Below the pieces are notes generated by a model, which ran no database searches, had not been told where the DNA came from, and saw only the letters and a program-made list of their open reading frames with translations. The position numbers were made by a program, and so were the translations under genes. This document shows, piece after piece, positions 1 to 13,391 of a stretch of DNA of 64,000 bases. Source of the DNA: Podarcis erhardii (lineage: Eukaryota). The stretch lies in the NCBI GenBank assembly GCA_964252035.1, contig OZ176207.1, one strand, 5' to 3'. How positions within the stretch are numbered: the first letter of the stretch is position 1; the number at the start of each line of letters is the position of its first letter.

Positions 1-667
1 TTTAGGGAAACTGAGAAAGCTACATGCCAAAGGAAGGAATAGGAGTGTAGCATGTGGAAGTTGTGAGGAAGACGGCTCTAAATATATATATATACAGTGG
101 CCAAAAGGAGAAGGCAAAGAGGAGCATCTTAAAGAGAAAATATAAAGGGAGGGAAGCGGGGAGAGAATGGGCAGAGAAAAGTGAGGTCCATTTGACCAGG
201 AATGAGTATCGGTGCAAAAGGATGCAGCTAGGCCAATAGATCTTTTCAAATCTGAGACAAATATCCTTGTATGATAATGGTACGATACAAAGTTAATGTG
301 ACCTATTCTAGAAACTCAAAGCTTTTACTAGTTGGCTGCTGGGGGAAAGTCTATATAGTATACACAAACATAATCTGTATAAATTTAAATGCAAATTTAT
401 TGGGTCCCTCCTACATTTGACATCCATCCATTCAGAGTTCTGCAAAGCATCATTGGGGGCCAAGGAAAGATTGAAACAATAAATAGACAAATCAAAACTC
501 TTTTGACTATAGGCAGATTTAACTTAGACCTTCGGTTATGTAGCAAAGCAGTGTGCTCTTGTGCCCATCTTTTTGTATAACCCTCTCTAAAGTAAAGGTG
601 TGAATAACAAAGGCTTATTTTGACCCCCACAACATCACTAGAGTATAATTCCAGTTTTATTGATGAG

Positions 668-1022
668 GACCCTGAACCAACCCGGATCCTGTGACCATCC
701 TCTGAGGCCCTTCTTTGTTTGCCTCTTCCATGAAAAGTCAGCAGTACGAGAACGAGCCTTTTCTGTGGTGGCTCCCCACTTGTGGAATGCTCTCCCCAGG
801 GAGGCTCACCTGGCCCTTTCATTATATATCTTTAGGCACCAGGCAAAAACATTCCTCTTCTCCCAGGCCTTTGGCTAATTACACAATCTATGGCATTTAA
901 AACTGGGCAGAGGAAGAGGAGTGTTATTATTTTTGTTTGTTACTGTGTTGTGCATTTTTGTGTTGTTAAGTTTTAAACTGCCCTGTGATCCTCGGATGAA
1001 AGGCAGTATGGAAATTTAATAA

Positions 1023-1066
<44 letters not shown>
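668..1066 (+). mobile_element. L2-clade LINE 3' fragment with (GAT)n tail
   Basis: Translates RAFSVVAPHLWNALP...FRHQAKTFLFSQAF, typical of the L2 ORF2 C-terminus; followed by a 3' UTR and (GAT)n at 1024-1066. Confidence 0.8.
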
Positions 1067-1068
<2 letters not shown>

Positions 1069-2351
1069 CTAAGCTCGTTCTCAGAAGAACTTTCATCTGT
1101 CCCCACATTGTTCCACAGGCTGTGAGTAAGCTAACAAGTTAAAAGGGGTGTTGCCTTTTGCAGAATCTCTCTCTCACACGGCACAAGGTCCCTTGGGAGG
1201 AGTTCAGAGTCGCATATCCCTTACTCACTGAGGTGATTTGCATGTTTAAAATAAATCGAACACCTCAGGCGTAGACAGAGCTTGCATCATGCATCGCCTC
1301 AACCACAAGTCCTTTTCAACAGAGGCAGCTCACACCTTCAGCAGCAAGTCTTCAAGTTACAGGATACCAATTGATGTAAATGCAAGCGTGAATCAGCCCA
1401 GAGGAGCAGGATGACTTCTCACACATCATTAACAATGTGCTCCCACATTGAGCTGTAGCACAGGAAATAATGCCAGCTTATAATAAGAGGACCTGAATAG
1501 TACTACTTAAAATAAAGTTGGGTTGCATTTTGTTGGGGTTTCCCCCCGAAGAGTCTGCTGGTTGGCTACCATTATGACGCTCTTATCTGCCTTGTTTTGC
1601 ATCATTATGCCTCTCTTAGAGTGCAGTCAAAGTCCCTCATATTATAACGTTACAGCTCATGTCATTTATTTGTCAGTTTTTCCCTTGATAAGACTAGGCA
1701 TAGTTCCTCAGGAAAAGAAATGGAAGGAGAAAACTATAGACAGACATTGTATATGACCCAAGCGACTTGTATTAAATAAAAATATATAGCCCACTGGGCA
1801 GAATTCTTTCGCGTTATTGGCACAAATGTTCATCTGCTCCATTGCTGTCATTTTTATTACTTGTTTGAGAGTTGGCCATGTATTCAATATTGTAAAAAGC
1901 AGAGGGCATTTTATTCTCTGGGAAGGAACTTACAATTTATTCTGAATTCAATGGAAATCAAGGACATTCAGCTCTGAGAAGGATCAACACGTATAGTCAG
2001 ATGTTGTATTGGCATAATTCCATACATTAAGGCCCATTGTTAAGAGAGGAAGCCAAATAATTAGCTTTTCATGAAATACATTCAAGGATGACAAGTTTAT
2101 CTTCCATCCCAGGATTCACAGAAATTAAGCATTTTACTGTAAGTTAGCGCCACCTGAAATGGAACCTAAGTTTTCAAAAAGTCAGGCACAAGTAAAAGCC
2201 AATGCTGTGTTTTATGTGTTTCTGGAGCACTGGGTCCCACAAAATTATGAGCAAAATGCAAAAATGGTAGCAACTAAGCATGCTCTATTTCTATACTGTC
2301 ATCTCTACTTTCATGGAATGATGGGGAATTCCTGGCCACCAATTATCTGAT

Positions 2352-2480
2352 TGGAGGAACCAACATGGTGCCTTTCTGATGTTGTTGTATGCCAGTTCCC
2401 GTCTTCCCTGACTATTGGCCATGCAGTCTGGGGCTGATGAGAGGTGGAATCCAGCAAAATCTATAGGGTTCTACATTGGC
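2352..2480. mobile_element. Degenerate palindromic MITE-like repeat (GATGTTG..GACTACAACTCCC family)
   Basis: Decayed match to the copy at 33756-33895. Confidence 0.45.
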
Positions 2481-2524
2481 TATACATGATCTAAATTGTG
2501 AAGAAGAGTCCAGCTTCAAAGGCC

Positions 2525-2670
2525 CAGTGTGTTTTTTTTCCTTTAAAAAAATGTTTAGGGGTACTCTCATTTTCCTCCTCATATTGAAATACTGCCCCTC
2601 AATGAGGCCAAACTTAGATTCACAAAATGTTTAGGGGTACGTGTGTCCCCCCCCCCTGAAAAAAGCACTG
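2525..2670. mobile_element. hAT-type MITE
   Basis: TIRs CAGTG(T)G..TTTT / AAAAAAGCACTG; 8-bp TSD CAAAGGCC/CAAAGACC (7/8); homologous to 14569-14744. Confidence 0.85.
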
Positions 2671-3130
2671 CAAAGACCTATAAATGCACCTCTACATAGT
2701 CCTTCCCTCTGTTAGCAGTATTTGGGGGGTAAGGGCCAATCCTTATGCAGTCAAACTGGCAACACCCACACATAAGAGAGAGGTATCATCAGACTCTGGG
2801 GGACCACAAGTTTTGTAGTTCAACAAAACTGGTGGGGGGCAGACTTAGGCTGCAACCACCCAGAATAACACAGGGACAGTTTTCATGGTGATCATGGCTA
2901 GCCCGTCTAGTGCACTGTGGTCCCAATGATCATAAAATAAATAAAAACCTGACATAGATGCTGGTGGCGCTTTTCGGATCACATCTCATTTGACTCCAAC
3001 ACACGAAAAGCACATGAAGTGTTTCACGTTATTTATCTCCATGCCAGTAAAAGCTTCACCTGATCAGGTATCTGTTAGAGGCCCCAAATCAAGGCCAGTA
3101 AGAAGGTGAGGGTTTTAACAAACCTCATTT

Positions 3131-3237
3131 CATAGGAACACATAACGTAAGCTACCTTACGCTCAGTCAGTCCATTGGTCCACCTACTTCCTCACTTTCT
3201 ACACTGACTTGCAACAACTCTTCAGGGTTTCAGACAT
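3131..3237 (-). mobile_element. tRNA-derived SINE, 3' fragment
   Basis: Matches the 3' half of the SINEs at 6352-6539 and 54771-54958. Confidence 0.55.
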
Positions 3238-3465
3238 TGGATGGAGACAGGGAGTCACCCTGTCTACATTCCTCACAAACACTAGGGACAGAGATACACA
3301 CAATTTCATTGCTACTCTCTCCCAAGGTAAGATGTCCTAAATGTTACAGTGTGAGGCTGACCTAAGGTTGTTGTTCAGTTTAGCACAACTCTGCTGCAGC
3401 TGCAGAATCTGCTCACATCCTGTCTCCATTATGGGTAACTTAATATCTTCCTGGAATACACCACT

Positions 3466-3745
3466 TAGAATCATAGAATCATACAGTTGGAAGAGACCAC
3501 AAGGGCCATCGAGTCCAACCCCCTGCCAAGCAGGAAACACCATCAGAGCACTCCTGACATTTGGTTGTCAAGCCTCTGCTTAAAGACCTCCAAAGAAGGA
3601 GACTCCACCACACTCCTTGGCAGCAAATTCCACTGACAGTAAGAGCTGTTCCTGTCAGGAAGTTCTTCCTAATGTTTAGGTGGAATCTTCTTTCTTGTAG
3701 TTTGGAGCCATTGCTCCGTGTCCGCTTCTCTGGAGCAGCAGAAAC
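3466..3745 (-). mobile_element. CR1 LINE 3' fragment (young)
   Basis: Near-identical reverse complement of about 52650-52929, including the ATTCTATG-type tail; carries an 18-nt internal inversion. Confidence 0.95.
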
Positions 3746-4388
3746 TTAGCTTTGGAGCTGGGAACGTCTATATGTTCTTCTGTGGTATTCTCTAAGCAAT
3801 CAGTTGAATGTTTCTCACACCAGTTGTTCTTGTGATTCAGGTGCAAGCAGAAAGTTGTAGACTCTTAAGAAGACAATCCTATACACACTTAATTGGGAGT
3901 TAGTCCCACTGAGCTCAAGAAGTTGTACTGTATATAGGATTCCACTGTAAATATACTTTCTGAATTCACTCTGCTGCACAGTGATATTCTTAGGTGGAAT
4001 GTGGTGCAGTGTCTTGCTAATTTAAACATTGCTTTATTTATTTATTTTAAAAAGCAGGCTCAAAAACTCACTTTTCAATAAGAATAATCTTGGGTCATTA
4101 AACTGCAGATTCAGCATTCTGTAGCCCATGCTTTAAATTCTTATCTCCTCTGCTGTTTAACAGTCTCTGTTCTTTAACTTGCATTTGCAAATGATGTATA
4201 TCGTTGTAAAGTCATAGCAGATATGAACTTGCATTCTTCTAGCACCAAAGCATTTGTGCTGTAGTCTGTGGTCTACTCCTGTATCATCTCATTAATATGA
4301 TATGACACATTTTGTACTGAAAACAAAAGACGTTTTGATTTTATTTTTAATTGTATTGTTTTAACTCTTTGTGTTTGCCACCCATGGC

Positions 4389-4551
4389 NNNNNNNNNNNN
4401 NNNNNNNNNNNNNNNNNNNNNNNNNNNNNNNNNNNNNNNNNNNNNNNNNNNNNNNNNNNNNNNNNNNNNNNNNNNNNNNNNNNNNNNNNNNNNNNNNNNN
4501 NNNNNNNNNNNNNNNNNNNNNNNNNNNNNNNNNNNNNNNNNNNNNNNNNNN
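4389..4551. other. Assembly gap (163 N)
   Basis: Run of N. Confidence 1.
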
Positions 4552-6351
4552 GCCAATTATCTCCCATTTGTTTTCATTGTCATAAGCCTTAAGAAAGCTT
4601 TGATCTCTGGCTAAAATAGTCTGTGCTTTGGCTTAATTTAAAATTAATAGTAGCTTTGATAGGACCAGGATTACATCTATAGATCATTATTTTATAGCAA
4701 AGGTTACTTTGTGATTCTAAGAGCACCCAATTTAATATTGGGGGGAGGGTAGAGGAACTTCAGAAGAGTTTGCCTTGTAGGCAAAGCATTTAAACTTTGT
4801 ATGTTAATGTGATGAAATATAGTTGCCTCTAAAAGAAATAAATAGAATTATTGTTATCAGTTATGCTATTTTGTTTACTCTGAAACAAACTTTTCCATGG
4901 CAAGGTCATTTTAAAGTTAAATTCAGAAGAAAAACCTCCTTATTAAACCACAGTCTTGCCACATCCTGTTGCTGTAACATCTGATGGGTTTAACGACAGA
5001 AAATTTTATTTTTCAGGTCCCTTGATAGGTAGCGTGGTCACATGACAAACCTGCCTTTCTTAAATCTATTTTGGATTCTTTTTTTAAGAGAGAGGGTGCT
5101 AGTGGGAAAGTGAGGATGACATGGAAACTTTCGCTCTGACAATTGTTTTAAGCAGAGAGCATGTTGGGAAACTGTAGGTGTAATTGGCAAGCTCGCAAAA
5201 AACCTCACATATTTTTAAAATGCTGTGCGAATGGTTAGTATAGGAAGGATTCTGCTCATCTCCAAGAACAGTATAATCTTAGACTGAAGTTTATGTTTTG
5301 AATTTCAGTTTGACCACAAACTGACTTGTATGATTCTTAGCATGCCAGCTATCTGCCTGTGTCCCTAAGTTACCTCACGTGCAAAACGAGTGTTAAGATG
5401 AGAAGCCCAGTCTTAAAGAGATGTAATAACCAGATTGGTTTATAGAAAAGCCACTAATGTAAGGGTTCTGTGCAAGTGGAAAGAGGTGTTTGTTAAATAT
5501 TTTTAATTTATGAACGGATCCCTGCATCTGTTGACATTGGGACGCAATGTTCAAGCTTTCTTGAAAAATGAAAATAAAGAATAAAACAAACCATTAGTTA
5601 TCCTGTTTGCTTCTAGATATATATATATGTGAATGACATCACTTAGTGACTGAACCACATTTTCATTGCCGAAATACGATAGTTCATAAAAGAAAGGATT
5701 ACACATTAAGCTATCTAAAATGTGTTTGCCGTAAAACAGCTGAAACATCAATTGGGCTACAATTTTTGTTTTGTTTTTAAAACTGACTACATTTTCAGGC
5801 AATTGCTGGGGAATAGACCCGAAACTGTCTGCTTACTGATTGTGCTTTCTGTTTGGACAAAAGAGTAACTTTTCATGCTCAGGGGTATTTGAAATAGCTT
5901 TTCTCCAGCTCTGTTGCTGTGCCCATTGCCCTGTTGCAAGATCACAGGTTTTGCTTATTTAAAAGAAGTATTAGTATGCCATGACAAACATCAAATACAA
6001 CATTTAGCTGTAGACCCTAATGAAGTAAACAAACTGGATTCCCTCCCCTTCTCCCCATCTGGCTTAACAGGGTTTGTTTTCAACTTCAAGTACACTAATA
6101 AAGGGAATCCAACCTATGAGCAAATCCACTCTACTTTTTGTTTTCAAACAGATGTTGGTGGGTATTTAAAGTAACAGTAGTATATTCATGACATATTCTC
6201 AATGACAGCCAATCAGTAGGGCTCCTTGAGATCCAGAAGTCAGGCTTCTGAGAAGGAATCCTCAAGTATGGACATACAATTAAGGGCTTCTTCTCATGGG
6301 CATGGCAATTCCTGCTCCATATGGAACAAGCCTACCATTGCTCCAGTTTCT

Positions 6352-6539
6352 GGAAACAGCAAGCTGCCTTATACAAAACTGCCTTAGGCCATTTTACTCA
6401 ATGTTGTCTACATGGATTGGCAGCAGCTCTCCAGGGTTTCAGGCAACAGTTATGCCCAGCTCTAACTGGAGACGCTGGGGATTGAACCTGAGACCTTCTG
6501 CATGCAAAGTAGATGTTCTTCCACCAAGCTATGGTCCTC
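6352..6539 (-). mobile_element. tRNA-derived SINE (Squam2/Anolis SINE2-like)
   Basis: Minus strand has a tRNA-like head with A-box and B-box (GGTTCAATCCC), then body CCTGAAACCCTGGAGAGCTGCTGCC and TATAAGGCAGCTT; family name from recall. Confidence 0.8.
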
Positions 6540-8279
6540 AAAACACCAGTGAGTGGTAGATTTAAGCTGCATACTCTTCCACATGGCCTGGGACTTCTGA
6601 GGTTACTTGAGGAGCAGTGACTCAATGTAACTGTTTCCTACCCACAATGGTGCTTAAAAGTGCCGTGCCAATAGAATTTAAAAGCAAGTCCAAAACCAAA
6701 TGTTCTGTCAGAATGGCCAAGGCTCAAATATTTGCTGATGATTGTCCCCCCGATTGTAGCATCTTCTTAGAAGATTTGATGTCAGGAACCACTCACGGCC
6801 CTTTCCATTAATGCAGTACAATGTCCCACATAACTTACTTTCCATGGTTGTTCACCAAAGCGTTCTTCTTGGTATGATTAGGCAAGGCAGGTAGTGTTGC
6901 AAGCTGATCAGAAAAGCAGGCAAGGCAAGAGGCAAGCTGATCACACTGAGAAAGCAAAGCTAGAGCAAAAGTCATACAGAGCCAATCAGGCCCCCATTGG
7001 TTGATCAGGTCATCTGACCCAGCCGGGTTGGCAAGCTGCAATACCTTCTCTGGCCATTACGTTTGTGGTGCTACTGCACAGGAAAGATCAGTTCAGTAAG
7101 CTTTTCAGCCTGTGAGCTGCCTTGGTGCCAAAAGTAATAAGGTAGCTGACCTCTGGTGCTCAAGGGCCCCAATACCTTACACAGGTTTTCCTAAGGAAAA
7201 CTGGCATTTAGATGTACGAAGCTATCACAGTTCAGTTTCTCATATGCCACTCTGGAACCCAATTTAAGTTGCTTTCTCTCTCTAAAAATGTGCCATAGTG
7301 ATGAAATACTTTTTTAAAAAAACCCAAACTCATCTTTTAAAAACTTTTTTAAAAAAATAATAATCTGTGCACAGCTACAGGAAGTTTTGTTTTTGATCAG
7401 CATGGTCTTTTCTTGCACAAACAAATGGAATTATCCAAGCAGAAAGGATCAACAGCCCACAAGCAAAGGGAAATGTGGGCTTTTCCAGGCTAATTCCATG
7501 ACGTGGGCATGTGTTTCCCCTTCGCTGTGATGTTAGGAAAGCTCCAAAGTGGTGACAGCCTTCCTGATGACATTTTGTCTATCTTAATGTAAATCAAGCA
7601 GTGGCAGGGACCACAGGGAGGAGAGGTGGAAATAGAAGGGATGTTGTGCAGCTCACTGTTGATATGCTCTGCCAGGTTCAGTCATTTCCTGCCCATCTGC
7701 CAAAAATCACAAGCGATAAATGGACATAGCCGGAGTGTGAGAAACTGCACAGCTCCAAAGTCGAGCAGGGGGTGAAGGGAATGAAAAAATAATAACCACG
7801 AGTAATGAAAACATTGCACTACTCTGTTCATCCCGCAGGTTAATGCTTAGATTATAGACCCTGTCAACTTCTTTCTTTAAATGCCTGCTATGGCTTGCTG
7901 CCTTGTCCTCAGAAGTATTCTGAAGGTGAATAAGGGGTTGTGCGTTTTGTTGTTTTTAAAAAAACCAAAACACACACATTTGTGTGCTTTCCACTGTTGA
8001 GGAAGACATGTCGATTTATCTGTTTCACCACTATCGGCTGCAAGCGAGCAAAAACACCAATTTAGGTTCCTTATTTCTTTCATCAACTCTCTTTCCCACT
8101 GTGGAAACTTCAGCATACGGAACCCCTATCCAACTGAGTCATAGCCATTTTCAAGCATTCAGGTCAGCCCCCTGCTGTTTTGTGGGTTATGCTTGCAAGC
8201 TCAGGTCAGCTTATGTGCCATGGATCAGTTCTTCTATGGACTTCCTCTTCTTTGTCCCTTTCCCCTTCAAAGTCAACCC

Positions 8280-8282
<3 letters not shown>

Positions 8283-8311
<29 letters not shown>
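8283..8311. repeat. (TG)n microsatellite
   Basis: About 14 perfect units. Confidence 0.99.
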
Positions 8312-8313
<2 letters not shown>

Positions 8314-8584
8314 CTAAATTGCAGGGGTGGAATATGAGTGATGCAATACGACAAGGCCCCAGGTGCTCCTTTCTAATGGAAGCCTGGGAGCCCAGCATTA
8401 ATTTCCTTTAGGATTATGAGCTCCTTTTGCTCTTGCGGTCCCGTCCTGGTTTGACTGGCTACTTACTGGCATTTTATGCTTAGCATCCGTGACCAGAGAA
8501 ACAAGTGCCTTTAAGTGTCACTTTTGGCAGAAGTGTGTATAGAGCAATAACCCTTCTCTCCTTCTGTTTTCTTCTTCCTTGCAG

Positions 8585-8634
8585 TAAATGAAATAATAAG
8601 GAACGACCTCTCCAGCACCAACGTCCATTCATAG
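8585..8634 (+). CDS. Candidate terminal coding exon of an unidentified gene (..NEIIRNDLSSTNVHS*)
   Basis: Long polypyrimidine tract ending TTCCTTGCAG at 8584; one frame reads 15 codons to TAG, followed by UTR-like sequence; protein not recognised. Confidence 0.3.
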
Positions 8635-9127
8635 CTGGCCGTCTAGATATCCTGCTTTAAGCTACGCTGAGACATCGGCTTCAGATAAATGGAAGATCCT
8701 CCCTGGTACCGCTCTGCTCTTTCCCTTTCTGGAATGTTTGGAACAATTACCTCTTCTCTGTACAGTATATCTATACATAAAACTAATTGACTGGCTTCAA
8801 CCAAGGAAACACCTTCTGTCAAGAAAATCATCTCAAGGAAAATGGAGGACACGAACTCTGAAATGGTGCGTTTCGCAAGTTGAAATAGGAAATGTGACAC
8901 AACTGGTGACTGACTGAAAACTGGCTTTCTTTTCCTTTGGGCTCTACTGGAAGTGCCTTTTTTTGTTAGCTTCTGACATCAGGACATTGTATTGGCAGTT
9001 TGGATATGCTGCCATCCAAAGTATTTCTAGGCACAGTAACCATCAAACGTACATTGGAACTTGGGGTGTGTTGGAACTGTCTGTTGTTATGGGTATAAAA
9101 ACCCCTGTTGGGTTGTATCAGCTCATT

Positions 9128-9189
9128 CATACTCAGAGTGGATCCATTCAGATGATAGGCAAGATTTTAGTGGGTCTACCCTGAGTATG
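9128..9189. repeat. Short palindromic repeat (ACTCAGAGTAGACC family)
   Basis: Arms CATACTCAG.. / ..CTGAGTATG; same family as 18476-18554. Confidence 0.65.
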
Positions 9190-12100
9190 ATTTAGTTAGT
9201 TACAAGCCCTGGAAAGTAAAATACGTGTCTGAATTCCTGGATTTCTTCACTTTTGAACTGTATTTTACATCTTGTTGCCTTATTCCTGATGCATTTTTTA
9301 AAAAACAAACCCAGATTGTCATCTCAGTTCTATACTTTTCAGCCTATTGCAGGTCTTTGCTCATGTATCATAGGACTGCATGTTAATACTTTGACTTAAA
9401 TCAATTTCTAGACATAGCACAAGAAAAATGAACAGCACAAAATATTAAGGTTGATGGACAAAAATGTGAATACCTATATTTTCCTCAACTGTTTTATGCT
9501 TATGCTTATACATACAAACTAGCATTTATGCATATACATGGAGGCTTTGAATTCAGCAATAATTTCTGCTTCTGAGAATGCAGTCCTGATCCCATGCAAA
9601 TACTCTTGCCATTACTATGTTGTGGGTTTGTTATGTTTAAGACAATTATGCATTTTCTTTCCTCAAGCTGATAAGCAAGCACTTTAGACAGTCCAGAAGG
9701 ATGCATATGAAACATGTGTTAATTACCAAATGACAAAAGATGAGTTAAAAGCAAATGTAAATACCATTTTCAAAGAATGTAAAATATTTGTTCAATTATA
9801 AGATAATTATTCCACTGAAGCCTTATAACTCTCTGCTTTGTGTACAACAAATATTACCAAAAAACCAAATGTTTTAATATGCAATGCTGTATAGTATGTT
9901 TTCAGAGCAGCTTCAAGTTTATAGAGTACATATGAAACTTAAGCATGTAATGTAGTCTTTGACATGGTATTTCATACAACCAATAATGTTGTTACCGTAT
10001 AGCTAGTAATGGCATATTATGTCACATAGACAAAAAGAAAGCATGGCTCCATTTTTAAAGCATTTAACATTAATATTGTGCCTTAGGAAATACGAGTGAA
10101 CTACTCCACAGTTACTAAGGTGGTGACTGAGTGCAGTGTACAGTTAAAGCAAACTCAACAGGTTTCACAAAAAGGTGAAACAGTCCTAAACATTTAGAAA
10201 TATTACTCTGTACAATTATGTCTTACTTACTTTTTTAAAAAAATGAAAAGCCATATTTGTAACATTTGCACATTACTGTGAAAACATAAGAATATAATAT
10301 GGCTGTATGTAAATATTATAACGTTACTGGTCCTTCTAATTGGGTGACTTCCCAACTGCTTAGCAAGAGATATTTATCCTGTACTCAGCTTTGTAGCAGT
10401 TGCATGCATTTCTCCTAGACTGCCATATTATATATACATATAACAGTTTTCAGCTAAACTTGCAGCTAGAAAATACATCAAACGAAGCACAACTTTCCAC
10501 AGAAAGCTAGATTGGTTCAACTGTTTTTGACTCCTGCGGGAGGGGGATTTTTCATAAAATGATACACTTTAAAATGTCATATGTTAGCATCTATATTCTG
10601 TATATTGCAGGCACTTCCGTTTCAGGCAACTTTCAGTCTTCCAATATCATAATTGTACCATTCATCAAGAAGTGCTTCTGTATAATTTCCATTTGTTGCA
10701 ACAGAAACTTGTGCGGGAGCAGCACTCCATAGATTAAACCGTATTTTTGGATGCCCCTTGCCAACAATTGCTCTTTCTTCATGTATTCTACATTTAAAAC
10801 ATGTAGTTGCCAAGAAAGACATGGAGTTCCAGTGTAATTCTCAGACGTCCATTTCTCTCAATTTTCCTGAAATGTCAGAAGAGTGCAAGTGGAGGAACCT
10901 TCAGGCAGGCCAAAGGATTTTTGACTCTGATACAGAAATATCTTGGGCGAGGTGCTGACCACACAAGCACCACAATGTTTGCATTTCTGCAATAACTTTA
11001 GCAAGATAATCATATGTATTGTTCCCGGTATGTCACACCCCCTATTTGTCATTGTTTGTTTGTTTCATTTCTTTTGAGCTGTCTTGGAAGTTTGTTACAT
11101 TCAACCCTAGCTCTGAAAAACTATGCATCTCTTGTATATGTATCCATGAATAATAATAATAAAAAACCTGGTATGAAAACCCTGTATCTGATAAGAATTT
11201 TACATTCAGTGGGGGTTTCTTTGCTTATTTGTTGGCAGAAATGCTGTTGGTTCAGGGTAGATGAGCACATGCAACAGAACGGGGTGGGAACAAGGTGGGA
11301 ACATCTTAAAAATGTAGAATGGGTTACAGCAGTGCAAACAAAGAAGCACATTTTTTGGTAATCCCATAGGTGAAGAAAGGAGGGAGAAAGTATTCCAAGA
11401 ACAAAACAGAGCAGGGTGATATCTCCAGGCTATGCTAGTTTTTGTGTGTGTGTTTTCATGGAGAGAAGCATCCCAAACTGGCATTCCTGACTTTATGTCC
11501 TGCAACTGATCATCAGCAGTCCCTGCCTGATCCACAGAGTTCTTTCTGGCTCATACCCTGATAATCAATGGTTGTATGGTAAGACTGGGAATTATCTGGT
11601 ATGAATAGCATCAGCTGGCACACTGCTATACTAGAACAAATTCATGTTGTCAGGAAGCAAATCTACCATGGCTCTGGAACTGATGATCTCCGAGGGATGA
11701 GAGTCCGGCATACATTTTGAACTTGAAACAACATGCTGTATTCTGCCAGAGAAAGAATTACTGAGCCCTGGTCTATCTATGCATGCCACAGAATGACATG
11801 GTATGAGTGGTGTGTAATAGCTCAGAATGCAGAGCTAGTTACAGTCATACTACAGCCCATCAGCATCCTGTCTCTGGAGGTCAGGTGACACCAGAAGGGT
11901 GTTAGAGGTCTGGCCCTCAGCCTGCCTGACTCTAGCTTCCAGGTAGCCTCCCACCCTCCAACACGAATGCCTGATATTGCATCCCATCTATGGTTTCTTG
12001 GGATTGATATTTATGGGGGCAGTTTTTACCAGGGTAATTAAGTCCCAGTTCAAGGCAGGAATGCTTCATATTTTAATGTCTGTAGTGAGAAAATTGTGTG

Positions 12101-13149
12101 TACAGTTGTATGTGCGCTGTCTTCTACGTTGCATTACATTAGGAACCGGGGCGAGCCTACATGCATGACATCAGGGGTGATGCTAGTCTGTGCTCACACA
12201 TTGGCTTGTATCCAATGAAGTCATCTTGTTCAGGCAAGGACTTCCGCTTGCACAACAGAGCACCCCCTCTCTCTTCCCCCCTGTGCCCACTATCTGTTCT
12301 GGGAGTTCTTTCAAACCTCCAGAACATTTGGGGAGACAGAGGATGGAGAGGAAGTTCTGTTGTGAAAAGGAAAGCCCTTGTATGAACAGGATAACTTTGT
12401 TTGAATGCAGCCCATCCCAGGTTCAATCCCAAGCATCTGCAGAAAACATTTTGGAAAGGGAAGGAGCTCAAAGACAGAATAGATATTTCCTATGCACAGT
12501 GGTCCCGTTTCAAACTCCATTTGAAAGATCTCGGTTAAAAGGATTGGAAAAGAGCTCTGCCAAGGGCCTTGGAGAACCACACAGCACCACAGGCATATAA
12601 GTTGTCATATAATTACAGTTAGTTCAGTTTTTGTTATATATGCTAGCTGTGACTCAGGATTATGCAAAATAAACAGCAAAACTAATAGAAATTTTAGTGC
12701 CTATAGTTCACATATACCTGCCTAGTATCTATTTTAAATGATTTTATTTTTTTAAAGAGAAAAGGCACATATCTTACAAACGAAGTGAATGTCTAAACAA
12801 AATCTGAACTACATGGGAATGCTGAATTGCAGGTGTGGGGAAGTTTTGGCCTTACAGATGCTGCTGATCTACAATTCCATTCATGCTCATCAAGCATGGT
12901 CATGTAGTTCAGAAACATCTGGAGGGTCAGATTTGCAATTATTTAACAAGTCAGGCATTGTTTTGGTTTCTCCTTTCCCTTGCGTTTTGTAAGATATTTA
13001 TTCTGGTCTGGTTTTGTGTGAGACAGCTTTAAGGAGCACAGATTTGTAAACAAAAAATGCATGCAAGTCAGTACCGAAACCTTTACCATTCACTGCTCAT
13101 GTGTATAAATCAGTGATTTTCCCCTTTAATTACAAGTGTCATTCTTATA

Positions 13150-13391
13150 CAGTGGTACCTCAGGTTAAGAACTTAATTCGTTCTGGAGGTCCATTCTTAA
13201 CCTGAAACTGTTCTTAACCTGAGGTCCCACTTTAGCTAATGGGGCCTCCCGCTGCCACTGCACCGCTGCGGCACGATTTCTGTTCTCATCCTGAAGCAAA
13301 GTTCTTAACCTGAGGTACTATTTCTGGGTTAGCAGAGTCTGTAACCTGAAGCATCTGTAACCTGAAGCATCTGTAACCCAAGGTACCACTG
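13150..13391. mobile_element. Tc1/mariner (Tigger/pogo-like) MITE, family A
   Basis: TIR CAGTGGTACCT / AGGTACCACTG, TA TSD; further copies at 17743, 54089, 55989 and 57216. Confidence 0.95.

Noticed and set aside
4347-4614. ORF-track entries spanning the N run
   Set aside because: Artefacts of the assembly gap.
10622-10822. Minus-strand ORF ending ..EALLDEWYNYDIGRLKVA as a terminal exon
   Set aside because: Two overlapping frames are equally open, the acceptor is weak and no family is recognisable.
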